Assembly (NCBI RefSeq): GCF_963853765.1
Contig: NC_088860.1
Span: forward strand, 25,668,001 to 25,732,000
Length of the DNA: 64,000 bases
DNA from: Magallana gigas
Taxonomy: Eukaryota
Reading direction: 5' to 3'
In this document: positions 13,501 to 27,100 of the stretch, in pieces
How the letters are laid out: each line of letters starts with the position of its first letter
Numbering within the stretch: position 1 is the first letter of the stretch
Notes under the pieces: model-generated
The model's input: only the letters and a program-made list of their open reading frames with translations
Told to the model about the DNA's origin: nothing
Databases searched by the model: none
Translations under genes and position numbers: made by a program

Positions 13501-16500
13501 TGCGTGTGGGTGGGTGACAAGACATGTTTATAAGGGAATGGAAATGACTTCTTTCTACGTTTTGTTTTGATTTTGCATGCAAAAAAGATTCAAACTAATT
13601 AAATCAAGGAGGCTTGGTGTCAACAAATTAACCAGAAGATCCGCATGCTTAAAACTTTTCAACATGATATTTTTTCCCATAATTTTATTCAGACATATTG
13701 AAGACTTCCGAGCGTTAAGGAATAACTCTCATTACGCACTTCTTCTCCTGAGGGATAGTGAAAATGGTTTGTAGAAGAAATAATCCTCTAAACAAAGTTT
13801 GAATGACTTCAAGATAACATTCTTGTTCATCTGTCTGATTATCACCACTTTTAAAATAAATGCACCTTCAAACGTCAGCATACGTTAGTCAAAGATTAGA
13901 ACTTTAGAACCAATGTGGGATTCATTGAATGTATGCTCATCCCATAATACGGACGGAGATGTTGGTCAATAGATTTCAGGATAGGTATTCATAATTTATT
14001 TGAACATTCGTCATTCATGAAAAATGTTTTATAAAACTGTTTATTCTTTACACATACTTGAAGATCATTTGTTGGGTGAAATTCTGAAATTACGTATTTT
14101 TCTTTGTTAATCGAATTCCCCAACGATTTAACTGTAACTCTGGTGGTGCACTCAATTACATTGCATATCCAATATACTGTCAAATTTATTTTTATTAGGA
14201 TTTTTTTTTGGCCCATTGCTATTAAGATATTTTTGTATTTACCAGAGAAAATAATAATAAACAACAGTATAATACCATTTTCTCTGCAATCAAGATTTTC
14301 TCGGTCTTATAATCAAAATACAAAAACTGTTCAGTATAAATGCACTGCTAAACTAGTAATTTGTATTTAATAGGTCAACTAACTTTTTGGTTAAATCATG
14401 AAATTGGTAGTTGGTTTGCACGTTTAAAAGTGTTTAAGGAATAATCGGAAATGACAAATAGAAGGTGGAAAGTTTATGCTGTTTTGAGAGCACGATAATA
14501 AAACATATATCTATGTACATACATGCAGTAATACAGATATCATTAATTGTTAGCTACCAAGCTAACATGCAGTACATTTAGACGAGGAAAAAACAAGTTT
14601 ACAATCTAAAAGGAAAGACTAAGTATGCAAAATTTCATTGAAGGCCAATAGGAATATACACAATAAAGTAAGTTATCGTTTTATTTTCAAATTTCCTTAG
14701 GTTTTGATTGGGGGTTTTTCCGGGGAGGGGGCACAATTTGACTGTAGTTTAAACTGCTTTTTTTTTTAAATAAATTTGATTTATGCATAAAAAATATGCT
14801 TTTGAACCTTTTTTCTTGAAAAAAATACTTAAATAGTTTAAATATTAAGACTTTAATTGATATTTTATTCGAGTGACAGCTGCTATTATGATTGTTTATG
14901 TATTCAAATCATCCCTTTAATCGATCGTCGTGTGATTTGGCATTAATATGAACTGTTTAAATTAACGATATACATGTATATGTGTTCAGATATATGTGTT
15001 TATCTACATGTATCTGGTAGATTTTATTTCTCACTCTTTTTTATGGTTAATTATGTAAATGTTATAAACAGAAAAATGTCTTCATTTTTGTTTTGTTTTA
15101 CGGAATAAACAGTTTAAAACAATAAGTCTTTTGTTCTAAGACTGAATTAGTAAACCTCGAAACAAAGACGATCAATATCTTTTTTTAATTGTAACAGTTA
15201 AACCAGTCTTATATAGCATAGATAAAAAGCTGACTTAAACAATTTCATATTCCTTCACTCTTAAACTAAGCAACACCAAAATTTCTTTCTATGTTGGGGA
15301 AAGCGTATTTTTTACACAAAAATTAAGGAATTTATTAAGTACTGCAAATACTGACACCGTTTGATATTCTGGATATGGAGGTTGGATATTTTGTGACAGA
15401 TAACAGCATTTTTTGATAAAAGTGATTATGCCAAACTAAAACAAAATTCCTTAACAGGGTTGTATGCAAATTTTTTTTTAGGAATGAAGAGGAGGTGGAA
15501 AGGCAAAGTTTATTTTATTTTCTTTCATTTAACATAAACCTTTTTCAGAAAGGCTGTGGTCTGGATAATTGAAAGATTTCTTTAACTTTAGAATTTCATA
15601 TGATGAGAGTACTTTTAAATCTACGTTGTGAATTGTGATCACACGTACATGTAAATTTATAGGATCAATTGGAATAATCTCGGTTCTACAAAATGGAGTT
15701 GCAAATTACAACAGGGGATAATTTACTAGCATTTCAAAGTTTCTTTTGAGGTTTCGTTGCCACTCCCACATATGTCACTCCCATATAAATTTGTTTCTTT
15801 AGTGGCAAATGTAATGTCTTATTTTGTTACCAGCATGCCTGTAGCCGTCCAACAAGTTTAACCCGTCGCTGTCCATTATATTTAAAAATGATCAGTTTTA
15901 TATCCATTATTTTTTAAGAATGGACACTTAAAGGTAACTTATTGGCTTGTATTATAAATTTAAAAGTGGTTTATCTTGGATCCAAGCTGAAAATGACAAA
16001 GGATTATATAACAAAAAAGATTTCATTAAGGAAAATTAAAATACTATATATTTCTTTTTACTTCAGGGATATTGCTCTTAACTATATCTGTTATATTATC
16101 CAGTGTTTGAAACTGGTTAACGATGAACACATATCATGCTTTACAGGTAGCCACCTCAAAGGTAGGTAATAGCAGTTTTTATTCATCTCTTTCAGTTCGG
16201 TATTTCACATTTTACAGTGCATGTCAACTGATAATAATAACTGTTTGTTTATGTAACCCAAAATACCATATTAAACAGGAGGCTTAAACATTTTATTATC
16301 AGCCTTTTTGGGTCTTTTCATTAGCGATTGTATCAAAAGACAATTTTACTATTCATTATAAAATCTAATCGATCGGAGTTTGCACCATTTCAAGAGAAGT
16401 GTTTCTTGACTAGCTTTATTAACTTTTTCTTTAAATCGTTCACAGTTTAAGCAAGATGGGGTGTAGTCTTAGGTAATGCTCATTATGCAAGTCTATGTTG

Positions 16501-17770
16501 ATGTTATATTGATGCATGCACAATGACCAATCTTATCTTAACATGTTACTTGTACCTGTTATAGTGCACGTGCTCTAAACAGGTTGTCAGAGATAACATC
16601 AAAAGTGGGGTTTTTTTTCTTGAATTAAAGTTAGTAAGACTTTATTTGCTTTATTGGAGAGATATCGACACCAAATGTCAATAAGTACGCTTTATACATA
16701 AAATCTGCTACTGTCTCCTTTTGAAATTGATACATACGTGACATTTATCATGGTTTTTGGGTGTACGGGGAGTGAATCCGACTTTGGTTTAACCTTATCC
16801 CAGCCAGAGCCAAAAGCATACCAGACGCAGTTCCTTGTTGACCAACCATAAAATATATGACCCCAATCAAATTTTTATGGCTATCGTACGCATAATCCCT
16901 AACTATGCAATAGAATTTTATAGTTTGTTTAACTTTAAAAACTGACACGTGGGTACTCCTTGTTCGTTTTGGTAATAAGGGAATATTTAAATGTTAGAGT
17001 TGTAGTTCTTTTTCCCAGAGAGGTGTTTTGCATTGCAGGTAATTATGATACTAGAGCAAAACATTGTTTTGTTACTATATACTTATTTAAAAGTTAAGTC
17101 AGAATACTGGTAATAAGACCAATCTGATTAATATTGGTTTACTTGCTAGCTGTTTATTGTTTTAGATAGTTTTTTCGTCATGAAAAACAATTTAAGCTGA
17201 CAATATGATTTATGTAAATACCATCAGTCTCATTAGAATTCCTATTGCTTGATGCCAATAAACCTTTATTTCGCGTATGTACGTACTATATCCTTTCTCT
17301 CACTCTTTGTATAGACCAGAATTACCACTTTTCTTTCAATTCATAGAGATATAATTAAAACCAACAACGACCAAAAAAGTTGAAAAGTTTTATCGTCAGT
17401 TTTGTCTGAAGTTTAGTGGACAGTCTTCAAATTACGAAAAATGTGTGAGAAACCAATGTGATCAGCTAAAACGATATGTTGATGTCAGAAATATAACGCA
17501 TCCATGAGAAAAGAAATCCGTACATTTTTGTTCGATTGTTTCTTTCCCTAAATTTTGTGCTCGTATCTTGCATATTTACACATTATGCAATACACAACAA
17601 TACACATTATGTTTGAGAGCAGATACAAGATCCATGCTCCTAATAGATGGTACGGTTTTATTTGTTGGTATTTTTGTTTCGTTGATTTTCTGGAACGTAG
17701 ATGACAATGATAAAAGGGCTAGCTAGTGAATCCATCAGGATTCGGATGCCCAAAATGACGGCTGCTCCAG

Positions 17771-18738
17771 TACACACCACCCATAACTGACAGTTACACG
17801 TCGAGATTTTCAGAGGATAAGCTGAGGTACAAGAATTGTCAGATCCTCGCTGGAGAGAAATGTTTTGATGCACCAAGTAAGTATTTTGTGATAAAATACC
17901 ACAAGATGTGCATATAACAGGATGATTAATCACTCTCTCATCTCCTCTCTTACTTTCTGTGTGTTTACAAAAGTGCAAGCGCTGATTGACATAATTAATT
18001 AGTGTATTGTCTTACGCTTACACTGTGTGTTTCAGGGCTTAAGGAGATTCCCGTACTTTTCTATTTCAAGGGGTCAAAATGTACTTTAGCATTAATACTA
18101 GTACACTAGTACTGCTAACAGGATAGTACATGAACCAAAGTTGAGATATCAAATCAACGGTCCTCAAAAGGCAGCAATATTTTTGTAAAGAATTATCAAA
18201 AGAGGTTTTCTTAAAAAAAAAGTTGTTCATAATTAACATCAAATATAGCGCTTGTTCATCACGCAATTTAATAAATAAAACAATGTTAACTTATTTAAAG
18301 ATAATAAATTCTTTAAAAATTGATAATGTACATGTAATATACATGAAACTGCTCAGTTGAATGAAATGCTAATAACGACCGTGTGTTTCATTGGTCCTAT
18401 ATATATTAAGGCAGTAACGGTAAGGACGACAAACTAAGGTCAAATCCCATGTGGCTACTTGGTGGTGAGTCCTATGACAATGTAACTTATCCATTGTGCA
18501 ATAATTCACCTACAAATCGTCAGAAACATACGACCAGTCTTACATAAGCTTTTTGACCTTCAGTAAAGGTAAGCCAGACTGGCCGCGGGTCTTCGACGAT
18601 GACTTGGTCTGGAAGTTTACCTGTGATGGACTGAATTCCCATTTACTAAGGGGGCATTACTATTTATCACTACAGGGACCAAATATATGTCAAAGGCCTT
18701 TAAAAGATCATGTTTTAATTGAGAAGTTTTTCAAATGA
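17771..18738 (+). other. Exon-like segments (possible 5' UTR exons or a small unknown gene)
   Basis: Consensus donors gtaagt (17877) and gtgagt (18465); a phase-consistent chain 17771-17876, 18411-18464, 18569-18738 is possible, but a competing minus-strand parse exists. Confidence 0.2.
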
Positions 18739-20031
18739 TTGATCGATACCATTTTGACAGTTTGAAGCACTAGTACATGGTTCCTGTACGCATTTGCATC
18801 AGTCCTAGGGAATTCAGCGCTTGTTTCTCTTGCACACCAGAAAATTTCAAAGTGTCAAGACGATGCCCAAAACAAAGACTTTGTTTTAACGAGTTACAGT
18901 TATACGGCTTTTGTTATTTAATACAATTTTGAATGATATATACTTTTTTAATATCCAAAGGTGCAGATTTGACATGACTTGACACACTAATAAGATTTGC
19001 TGTGCAAGAAGTCAGAAGAAACACACATTTTTGATGCTATCTGTTTTATGTGCAGAGTTATTAAATAACCCATTTAAAAGCTGATCATTTTGAGAAGAAA
19101 CAAAAATGCATTTTTACTGTATTTTTTTTTTTACAAATCATACATGCATTGCATTTTGTTTTGAGTAACTGAATGAATAAATCACACTAAAGTACCTTTT
19201 TGGATATTTTCTACATCGTCTCTGGTTTTCATCTCTTATGAATTGCTAAATATCATACGGACCGAACATGCAACTTTCTACAACTTATTAAACTCATTGG
19301 AATACTACACAGATTTGTGTTTGCGGGGTCTATTTTTTGTTTGTTTCTTTGCTTGAAAATATGTGTGGATTTTAAAGAATGTCTTGCCACAATCATTCGC
19401 AGGTTTTTTTTTCCTGGTGGAAACGGCATGCAACAGATTGGTATGAATGGTAATTGTTCAGCAATCTGAAGCTGTGCACATAGGCATAAAATACCTTTCT
19501 TCTGTAAGAACAAGAATCATCACTGTGTGTTAAAAAAGAGAAGAAAAAAAAGTAAATAACCCTCTGAATTAACCATTCCATGTTCTAAGATTACAAATCG
19601 TTCAACAAAGACGTCTTATTTTAATTGAACAGATTAGTGTTCCATCTGTGCCTTTCTCTCTTCAAAGAAATTCGGGATATTTTGATTGCAATTGCAGCCA
19701 CATCAGAAAAAAACCAACATATTCGACAGTGAACCTTATGATACAAGCAAAGAATGCACTTTGATTGAATTTGATTATTATTCTTCTCATCAAATGCTTG
19801 ATGCTGGGAATCATACTTTATTTATATTTATAGTATCTCCAGAAACTGCAACACCAGAATAGCGAAGAATTTTCATTGGTGAATAATACTTCCAACATCG
19901 TAGGCAGTTGCCATAGTATTTAACGCGACAACGCTAAGCAGATTTCCATCAGAATTCGCTTCCGCATTTCTCTGTGTGCTCCTCTTTCTTGCTAAATTAT
20001 TTTCTTACAACAAATTGGTCTGCGAATCAGG

Positions 20032-20709
20032 ATGAGCTGTGATCCTCAGCCAGAGATGCCAGAGGGCTACCTTGGTCCCCAAGAACGGTTTAACGAGCTG
20101 GGACTAAGCGTTCAGTCACATACCGACCCCGTTATTACGGCTAGAGACAATCATTACGAAATTAAGATGAAACACCGAGGACCTATCAAGGTTACTCACC
20201 AACTTCAGTCTTGCAAGGATGAAAAGGACTACTCGGAATTTGTTTTCACTCAGATCAAGGATGGAGTCGTTCAGCTCCTCCTCCACTTTCCCTCACCGGG
20301 TTGGTACAAGCTTCAGATTTACGCCCTCCCGTTGTCAGACCCAAGCAAGTCATTGCCGAACGTTTACAACTACCTAATTCACTGCACCAAAACATTAAAC
20401 CCATGTTTTCCCTTTCCGAAACAATATGTGCAATGGAAGGATGGCTGCTACCTGTATGAGCCGTTGAACCTCTGCGAGTCTACTAAACTGACCCACGTCA
20501 AATGGCGGGTCCTGATACCCCACGCTAAACAGGTGGCGGTGGTCGTTGATGACGAATGGACCCACCTGGAGAACAAAGGCGGTCCCGTTTTCGAAGGCAC
20601 GTGTAATCTTAATCAGTATCGCGGAAAGGACAAAAAAGTTACGTTAAACGCAAACTTCGGAGAGGATGAAAGCAAATATTCTACTATGCTAGAATACCAC
20701 ATCAAATAG
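20032..20709 (+). CDS. Kyphoscoliosis-peptidase/hillarin-like C-terminal Ig-like domains, 225 aa (single coding exon or last exon of a longer gene)
   Basis: Uninterrupted GC-richer ORF with family-type motifs GYLGPQERFNELGL..HTDPVI, FPSPGWYKLQIYA, LPNVYNYLI, PFPKQYVQW and VTLNANF...YSTMLEY. ATG directly follows cag|g. Confidence 0.88.
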   Translation: MSCDPQPEMPEGYLGPQERFNELGLSVQSHTDPVITARDNHYEIKMKHRGPIKVTHQLQSCKDEKDYSEFVFTQIKDGVVQLLLHFPSPGWYKLQIYALPLSDPSKSLPNVYNYLIHCTKTLNPCFPFPKQYVQWKDGCYLYEPLNLCESTKLTHVKWRVLIPHAKQVAVVVDDEWTHLENKGGPVFEGTCNLNQYRGKDKKVTLNANFGEDESKYSTMLEYHIK

Positions 20710-20893
20710 ACTGTTGTACAGTTCCATAGTTATACTTTGTATATTACATTTTTCTGTAAAAACTTAGCTTGCTTATATATATGGCTATAGTTGGGATATA
20801 GATATGTTTTATATTTTTGGACTGCTGTGATTTGAAAAACTATAAGGAATCTGCAGGTCTTTGACGAAAGAAGTTTAGTGTGAAGTAAGTAAG

Positions 20894-20903
20894 TCTCTCT
20901 CTC

Positions 20904-20957
<54 letters not shown>
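20894..20957. repeat. (CT)n microsatellite
   Basis: About 30 CT units with one interruption. Confidence 0.97.
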
Positions 20958-20961
<4 letters not shown>

Positions 20962-23108
20962 AATTTTTGAAAAAAAAATCTTGTAACAGAAAGCAGTATT
21001 AAAAACCATGTTTGATCAACAGACGCATGTTTTCAATATACTTTTCATAATTTCGTACATTATTAAAAATTCATTTGGAAAGTAGTATTCGTTCTTGGAA
21101 AGAAAATAAAACAATTATAATCTACTTAAACTACAAAATGTCATACCATTGCAATTGAGCGTCACATTCTTCAAATTGTTTCCAAATACTAGTAAACCTT
21201 TAAAAAGGGTTTGTTTTAATGATGTAAAACATTAAATTTTCAGCGCTTGCGTGTGTGGTTTGTCTTCAAAGGAAACATAGTTTCATGATTCTGTAGATAA
21301 TAGAAATCGAGGAAAGGATCGTTTACGATAGTTCTAATTTTATTCACATTAAACAATGATAAAACAGTTAGATAGAATATTTCTGCGTTTAACCCTTTTA
21401 ACAATCTTAGCAGCCACGAAAGCACACCGTTATAATATCGATGGCATTCTGTTTGAAATCAAAATAAAAAGGATAAGTTCCGTGATTTCTGGAAGCCCGG
21501 CTCTACTTTTCACTAATTCTGATATCTTTTTATCACGTGTAAATATAGCTTTCAGATGTATCTGAAAATTGAACAGCGCTGCAAGTGGTCATTCATCTGT
21601 TTTATAATCAGCAAACCAGATCTATACAGGGGGGAAAAAGCAACTGGCTTCATCGACGTCAGATCGAGATAAATATGAAATACTTTCATATGCTGATCAC
21701 CGCAAGACTACTTCTTTATAGTACGGGAAAATAGCTCAGAAAAAATATACCCTTATCTTATCAAACCTGTTACTTTTAGCAATGTACAAACACATCAAAC
21801 TGGTCATTAGCGGGATGGAGTGAGAGGTGTTTTTTTTCCTTATGTATGTATCTTGTTTTTAAGCCAAGCAAAAATATGTAATTGCGGAAACGTTAAGTTA
21901 GATATATATTTGAAGAAAATAAGTTGACCAGATTTGCTTCTGGCGCTTTTGATATCATGTGACTGATAGATCTCTATCCAGAAAATGCGAGTCGTGTGAC
22001 GTACTGCGATTTTTATCAATATCCAACGACTGTTGGTTTGCCAGGAAACCTGTTTTCGTTGGTAAGCAACAAAGTTGTCAAAACAAATTATATCGCAACA
22101 TAAACGAACAAATAGTGACGAAGGCAAGGAAATGTATATGTACCCATAGACTAAAGCTTCGTTTCCGTGATGCTTACTCCGATATTTATTTCCCGAGTCG
22201 CAGAAAAGCGGAGTGAGTAAAAATCTCGTAATGTGCTGGCAGAACAACAACAAACTAAGCAGCTCTTCTACCTTGAACTTTTATGCCTTGCATCCAGACC
22301 CTGTAATCAATCACTATTCTTGTTCTCGAAGTGTTTCTCGTGAGATAAGGACGCTGGTTTTTCTTTTTACTTCATTTCAAACTTCACAAATTTTGCGTTA
22401 GGAAGTTTAGAAGTTTTATGAAAGTCGTAACTGTCGTTTTCACTTTCTCTTTGAACATGCCAACATTTTACGTCAAGCAAGAAGCATGCAAGTGACGACA
22501 GCGGAATGTTGTTTGTTTCTGCATCACCTATATGTATATCTGTTACTAGAATCTTTTTTTTAGTTCAGTTACAAATATGATAATTCGCAACATTTATCGT
22601 AAACTTTAATATCATGATTATTATTTTTTTTTTTACAAAGCAGTAGATGGTTAAATGGAACTTTATTAAAAATGAAGGTTTTATATTTAAATTTTACAAA
22701 TTAAGAACGTGGCTCAAACAGTTCCATTATAAAAACTTTACTCCTCCCTAAACGTTTTCTCATGATATTAATATCATTGTACATACAAAGTCGAGAGCTA
22801 TGTTTTCATTGAAAAAAAGTAAATATTGATGAATCGAAATCCCTGTAAATATTTCCACAATGCGCATGAGTCAGACTGTTTCCTTTACAATCTGCCTATT
22901 GATGGTTAAGTTCAAAGCAAAAGAATTAAGATATTCTTGTCCAAAATAAGCCGGTGGCTGGGAATAGACTTTTACAAAAAAAAACCGAACAAACAAACAA
23001 AGGCGAATTATTATTACTTCTACACATCAAAACTACATTTCCTCTTGGGAAATTGATAAATTTTTACTGAAATCTTCTTCTATACTAGTATCTTTTTTTT
23101 AATTATTA

Positions 23109-24058
23109 CTAGACTTTGACCCGTGCGTGCACGGGTTGACATTGCATATCGGACATTTAGAAATAGGTACATCGATACACCTTATTGTTGACATTTACAT
23201 AACAAAGCTATAAGCCTACAATAATGCTATTAATTTCACTACACTTTCCTTAGTTTGAATAACCTAACTGTGTCTCGGGAAAAGCCCCTCCCTTACTTAT
23301 ACCCGTAAAGTAGCAGAAAATTGCAGAATCGCTCTGGAACGATTTTGGAGAAAGTTAATGAATGATGTTGCCTTGAAAATAACAGTCAAATACATCACAA
23401 CAAACCTTTTTGAGACTGCAAATACCTTTCAACTAAAAATTTTAATCCATAGAATGGAAGAACTCAACACCTTTTCACCAACGTACATGTATATTCTTTG
23501 TAAAACTGGGTCTGTAGAACATTATTCATTTTAACGATAAAACATATTCTATCTTCACTCTCCTAACAAATATAATGTAACATTTTTGCATGTAATCAAA
23601 TATTTTTTGTCATCACGAAGATGAAAGTAAATGCTTAGTTGAAATGTATATTTGTTATTTTATACTTTCTCTCATAAGAAATCATTAATTTATATGAACA
23701 AAATATATAGCAAAAGTCCAATGAAAATTTACCCGTATTTGTATTATCATTTCTGAGTTTATTCAGGCAGATGTGATATTGTGGAAACAAATATAAACTA
23801 AAGATCCCGTTAGTGTGAATGTATTGCGCAAGTGCAAGATTGTAAAATCCAAAAAATCCAGGTGATTTCCGGGATTTTTTGAGGAATTTTCGTTGATTAT
23901 TAATGAGCGAAGCTTAACTGAGAAAAAATAAAAACAAATTGGTAATCTTCAAGTACCAAAGATGTTTAAAATATATAAAACAAAAGACAGTATTCTTCCG
24001 ATTTCTCGGTATTAAAGACTAAAAATTCGAGTCTATTATTTTAATATAGTAGTATAGA
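23109..24058 (-). mobile_element. Complete ~950-bp non-autonomous Helitron
   Basis: On the minus strand: 5' TC start (tctatactac...), 3' CTAG end, subterminal hairpin cccgtg-cacg-cacggg, inserted between A and T with no target-site duplication. Confidence 0.88.
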
Positions 24059-24133
24059 TTATAGTTTTTAGTATAGTTTAATTTGAATTGATTTATTCAG
24101 ATTTAAAATTCAAATGAACATTTTTTTTTTCAG

Positions 24134-24181
24134 AATGCTGCGGCTGCAATGAACGCTGTGCGTACCCTAGAGGCTGAATAG
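24134..24181 (+). other. Candidate terminal exon
   Basis: Strong (t)n-cag acceptor, GC-rich 48 nt reading NAAAAMNAVRTLEAE* or xCCGCNERCAYPRG*, and aataaa about 80 nt downstream. Confidence 0.25.
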
Positions 24182-27100
24182 CTGCCGATCGCTGGCACAT
24201 ACAGAATTTCATCCGCTATCGCTTTTCCAGAGAATTATTTATATGTACATATAAATTAGCTTTAATAAAGATATCAACATAGTTATATCTTTTTCATAGT
24301 TTTTTCTCCTTGAGTTTGACCGCTTTGATGCAATAATCAAAGCAAAAATAAATCCAAACCTTCAGTTGGCAAAATCTTTGCAAACGAATTGGAAAAAAAA
24401 ACCGTCCATTTTTAAGAAAATCGGTGGAAAATACTTATCATCATAAAGCTAAGTGGCTAGCTGGAACTCTAGATGGTCCCAAACTATAACATGAAACCCA
24501 GCATGTCATTCCGCCCAGACTTGGCAATGGGATTGAGAGCAGGTTAATTAACAAAGATACACGTGTCATGCCAATGGGGTTTTGTGTCTAAGAAACAGAG
24601 GGAAGCATACAGGCGTAGACGAGTATTTAGGAATGTAGACTTCTCCCACACAACGGAATATTTACTCATTTATATTGATTCGGCAAACAATCCTTGTTCA
24701 TTACGCTCTCGTCTCGTATTTAGCTTGGTAATCAAAAACTTTTATTTTTTTTTTTATAATATATGATTCATAACCGTCTAATATTGCATATTGTGGTCAT
24801 TTAATATACTATAAAAAAGTAGGCATTTCATATATGCATTTTTTTTAAAAACTTAATTCCCTCCATCTATTTTTTACATGCGAAGTTTAGTGGATATTTT
24901 GTTTTCAAATTGTTGATATTAGTCGGTGAAATTAAGAAGACCATTATTTGAAAAGTTAAGAATTAATCTAATATTAATAAGGAAGAAGAATTTTATACAT
25001 TCTTTTTTTACTTTTTTTTACAAACATTTATCATCTTTATTATAAGAAACCAAAATCTGATACGAATCGTATGTTTTTGAAGGATATATATTCATCGTAA
25101 AATTAAATGCCTTTGGAATAATATATTGTTGCAATTGCTGCCTAGCTCGGATAGTTTTCTGATTAATGCAGCATTTCGGACAAGCGTGTAAAAACCAACC
25201 AGATGTCGAAAGGGAAGCCATAAATTTATTTCACTCATTTAATTATAGACAGATAGGTCTGCGATGAGAGTGAGAGGAGAGAGAACAAAAACTATCAAGT
25301 ACGGTGCAGATATCGTAATTCACTCATAACTCTGTTACATAACTGAATAGTTTCGAAACGTTGTAACGGGGAGTGGAATTTCGTGTTTTACATTTCGGCA
25401 AAATCTAAATTCGATTCTATACTTGTTAGAACCACTGCCGGTGTCTAGCTTTTTCTCCTTTTTCTGTTTAAAAAAAAATGAACCAAAACCATGCTGACAG
25501 CAACGGCAAGAGCGCGTGCACTTGCTTTTATTTTTGGATTACGTGTTTAAATCACTGACTACTCAAGCATTTACCAGATTTTACATCTTTTGCTATATAA
25601 ATGTTGAGGTCTCTTGTACACGTAGCGTCTTTTTAAATGATACAACAATTTGCTGACTGAAAAACTAGTAATAAATGAAAAAAAAACTGAGCTAATTTTT
25701 GTAGAATTTTTAAAAGAAAATGTTGACATTTTTTTAAAGTTTGAGAGAGAATGTATATTTACGTGTCCCATAATTCTTATTTAACATTTTACTGTAGTTA
25801 CTGTATCAAAGTGGAATTGCAGTCAACCATTTATACCATTACATTTACTATACCACCTTACAACCATTTACTGAGTTAACTTGGTTAGCTCCAATAATTT
25901 TGACTGATTTAAAACCCGTCAAAATTGAAGTCGCCAAAATTAAGCTATTGTATACTATACATCATACTATACTATTTTTAAACATATCAAAATCGCAAGA
26001 TTTGTTGTGGCTGCCGCTGGAATTAAATGCAATACTATAGTCTGTCCCAAGTTATTGCTTCCATCGCTTTTTGATGATTTTTAATAAAATTACATATGTA
26101 CCTGTGAAAGAAATACAGTTGAAATCGTTAAAAGGGAATTTATCCAAGATATCTTCACTGAACAATTATCCCTTTCCACTCAGAAAAATTCACAGGAACG
26201 AAAACAGATTCCTTACGGAGATTTATAATGGGGAATGTTTACATCTTTTCTCCATTCGGAATACACTCGGAATACATCGCGCAATTTTTTAACGTTATCA
26301 TCCGGGCTTATTAATGGCTGTTGCAATGCAAAATCTCCGTAGACTTTCAATTTCGGGATGTGAATTGAAACCTGAAGGGTAGAGGGGGCGTTTCAAAACA
26401 GATAATCTGGACATTTTTTATATTAATGGATGAACGTAGTTTGAGCACAAAGGTATTTACTATTATTGAAATATCATGCAAAAAGTGGTGGAAGCAAAAA
26501 CTCGGGACAGAGTATAGTAATTTATCAATAAAAATGGCAACATTTTACACCTGCCAAAGTGACCCGTTATGCATTTTTACTTACATGTGAATGTACATAG
26601 AATTAAAAAAACATCGTTTATTGTAGTACGTTGATGAAATACTTCAAATATCATGCTATCGTTGAAGAAAAAAGCGACAAAATACCGCACACGCGCAGTG
26701 AGCGTTTAAACTAATGCAAATTGACTTTTTAAATTTATTCCAGATTTCTGCATCTGTACGGTCTTGCTGGTCGTATCAGCCGACACATATCAGTAAAGCG
26801 TTTGATAGTTCAAACTCTTTTTTTTTCACCTGAATGACACGGCGGTGAATGAAAAGATTATAGATATGTAGATGAGGAGTTTAGAAAAAAATTCTTCAGC
26901 TTATTGAGAAATTGTATTCTTGTCAAACTACGATAATTAAAAATTTCGCCAGAAGTTGGACCGAATGCAACGTATGCAAACACACATGCGCTGGCTGAAG
27001 GTGACACGCGATTTACAATTTTTAAAAGAAAACGGTACATATATCATCTGTAAAACTGAATCTTGGCTTATCAAATATTCAATAAAAAAAAAAGATAAGT

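Noticed and set aside
13095-14370. Cluster of 60-90-aa ORFs as a decayed gene or transposase
   Set aside because: No recognisable motif; lengths are compatible with chance in AT-rich DNA.
21840-22420. Overlapping ORFs or a decayed tyrosine-recombinase fragment
   Set aside because: No convincing catalytic motif and no consistent frame or splice structure.
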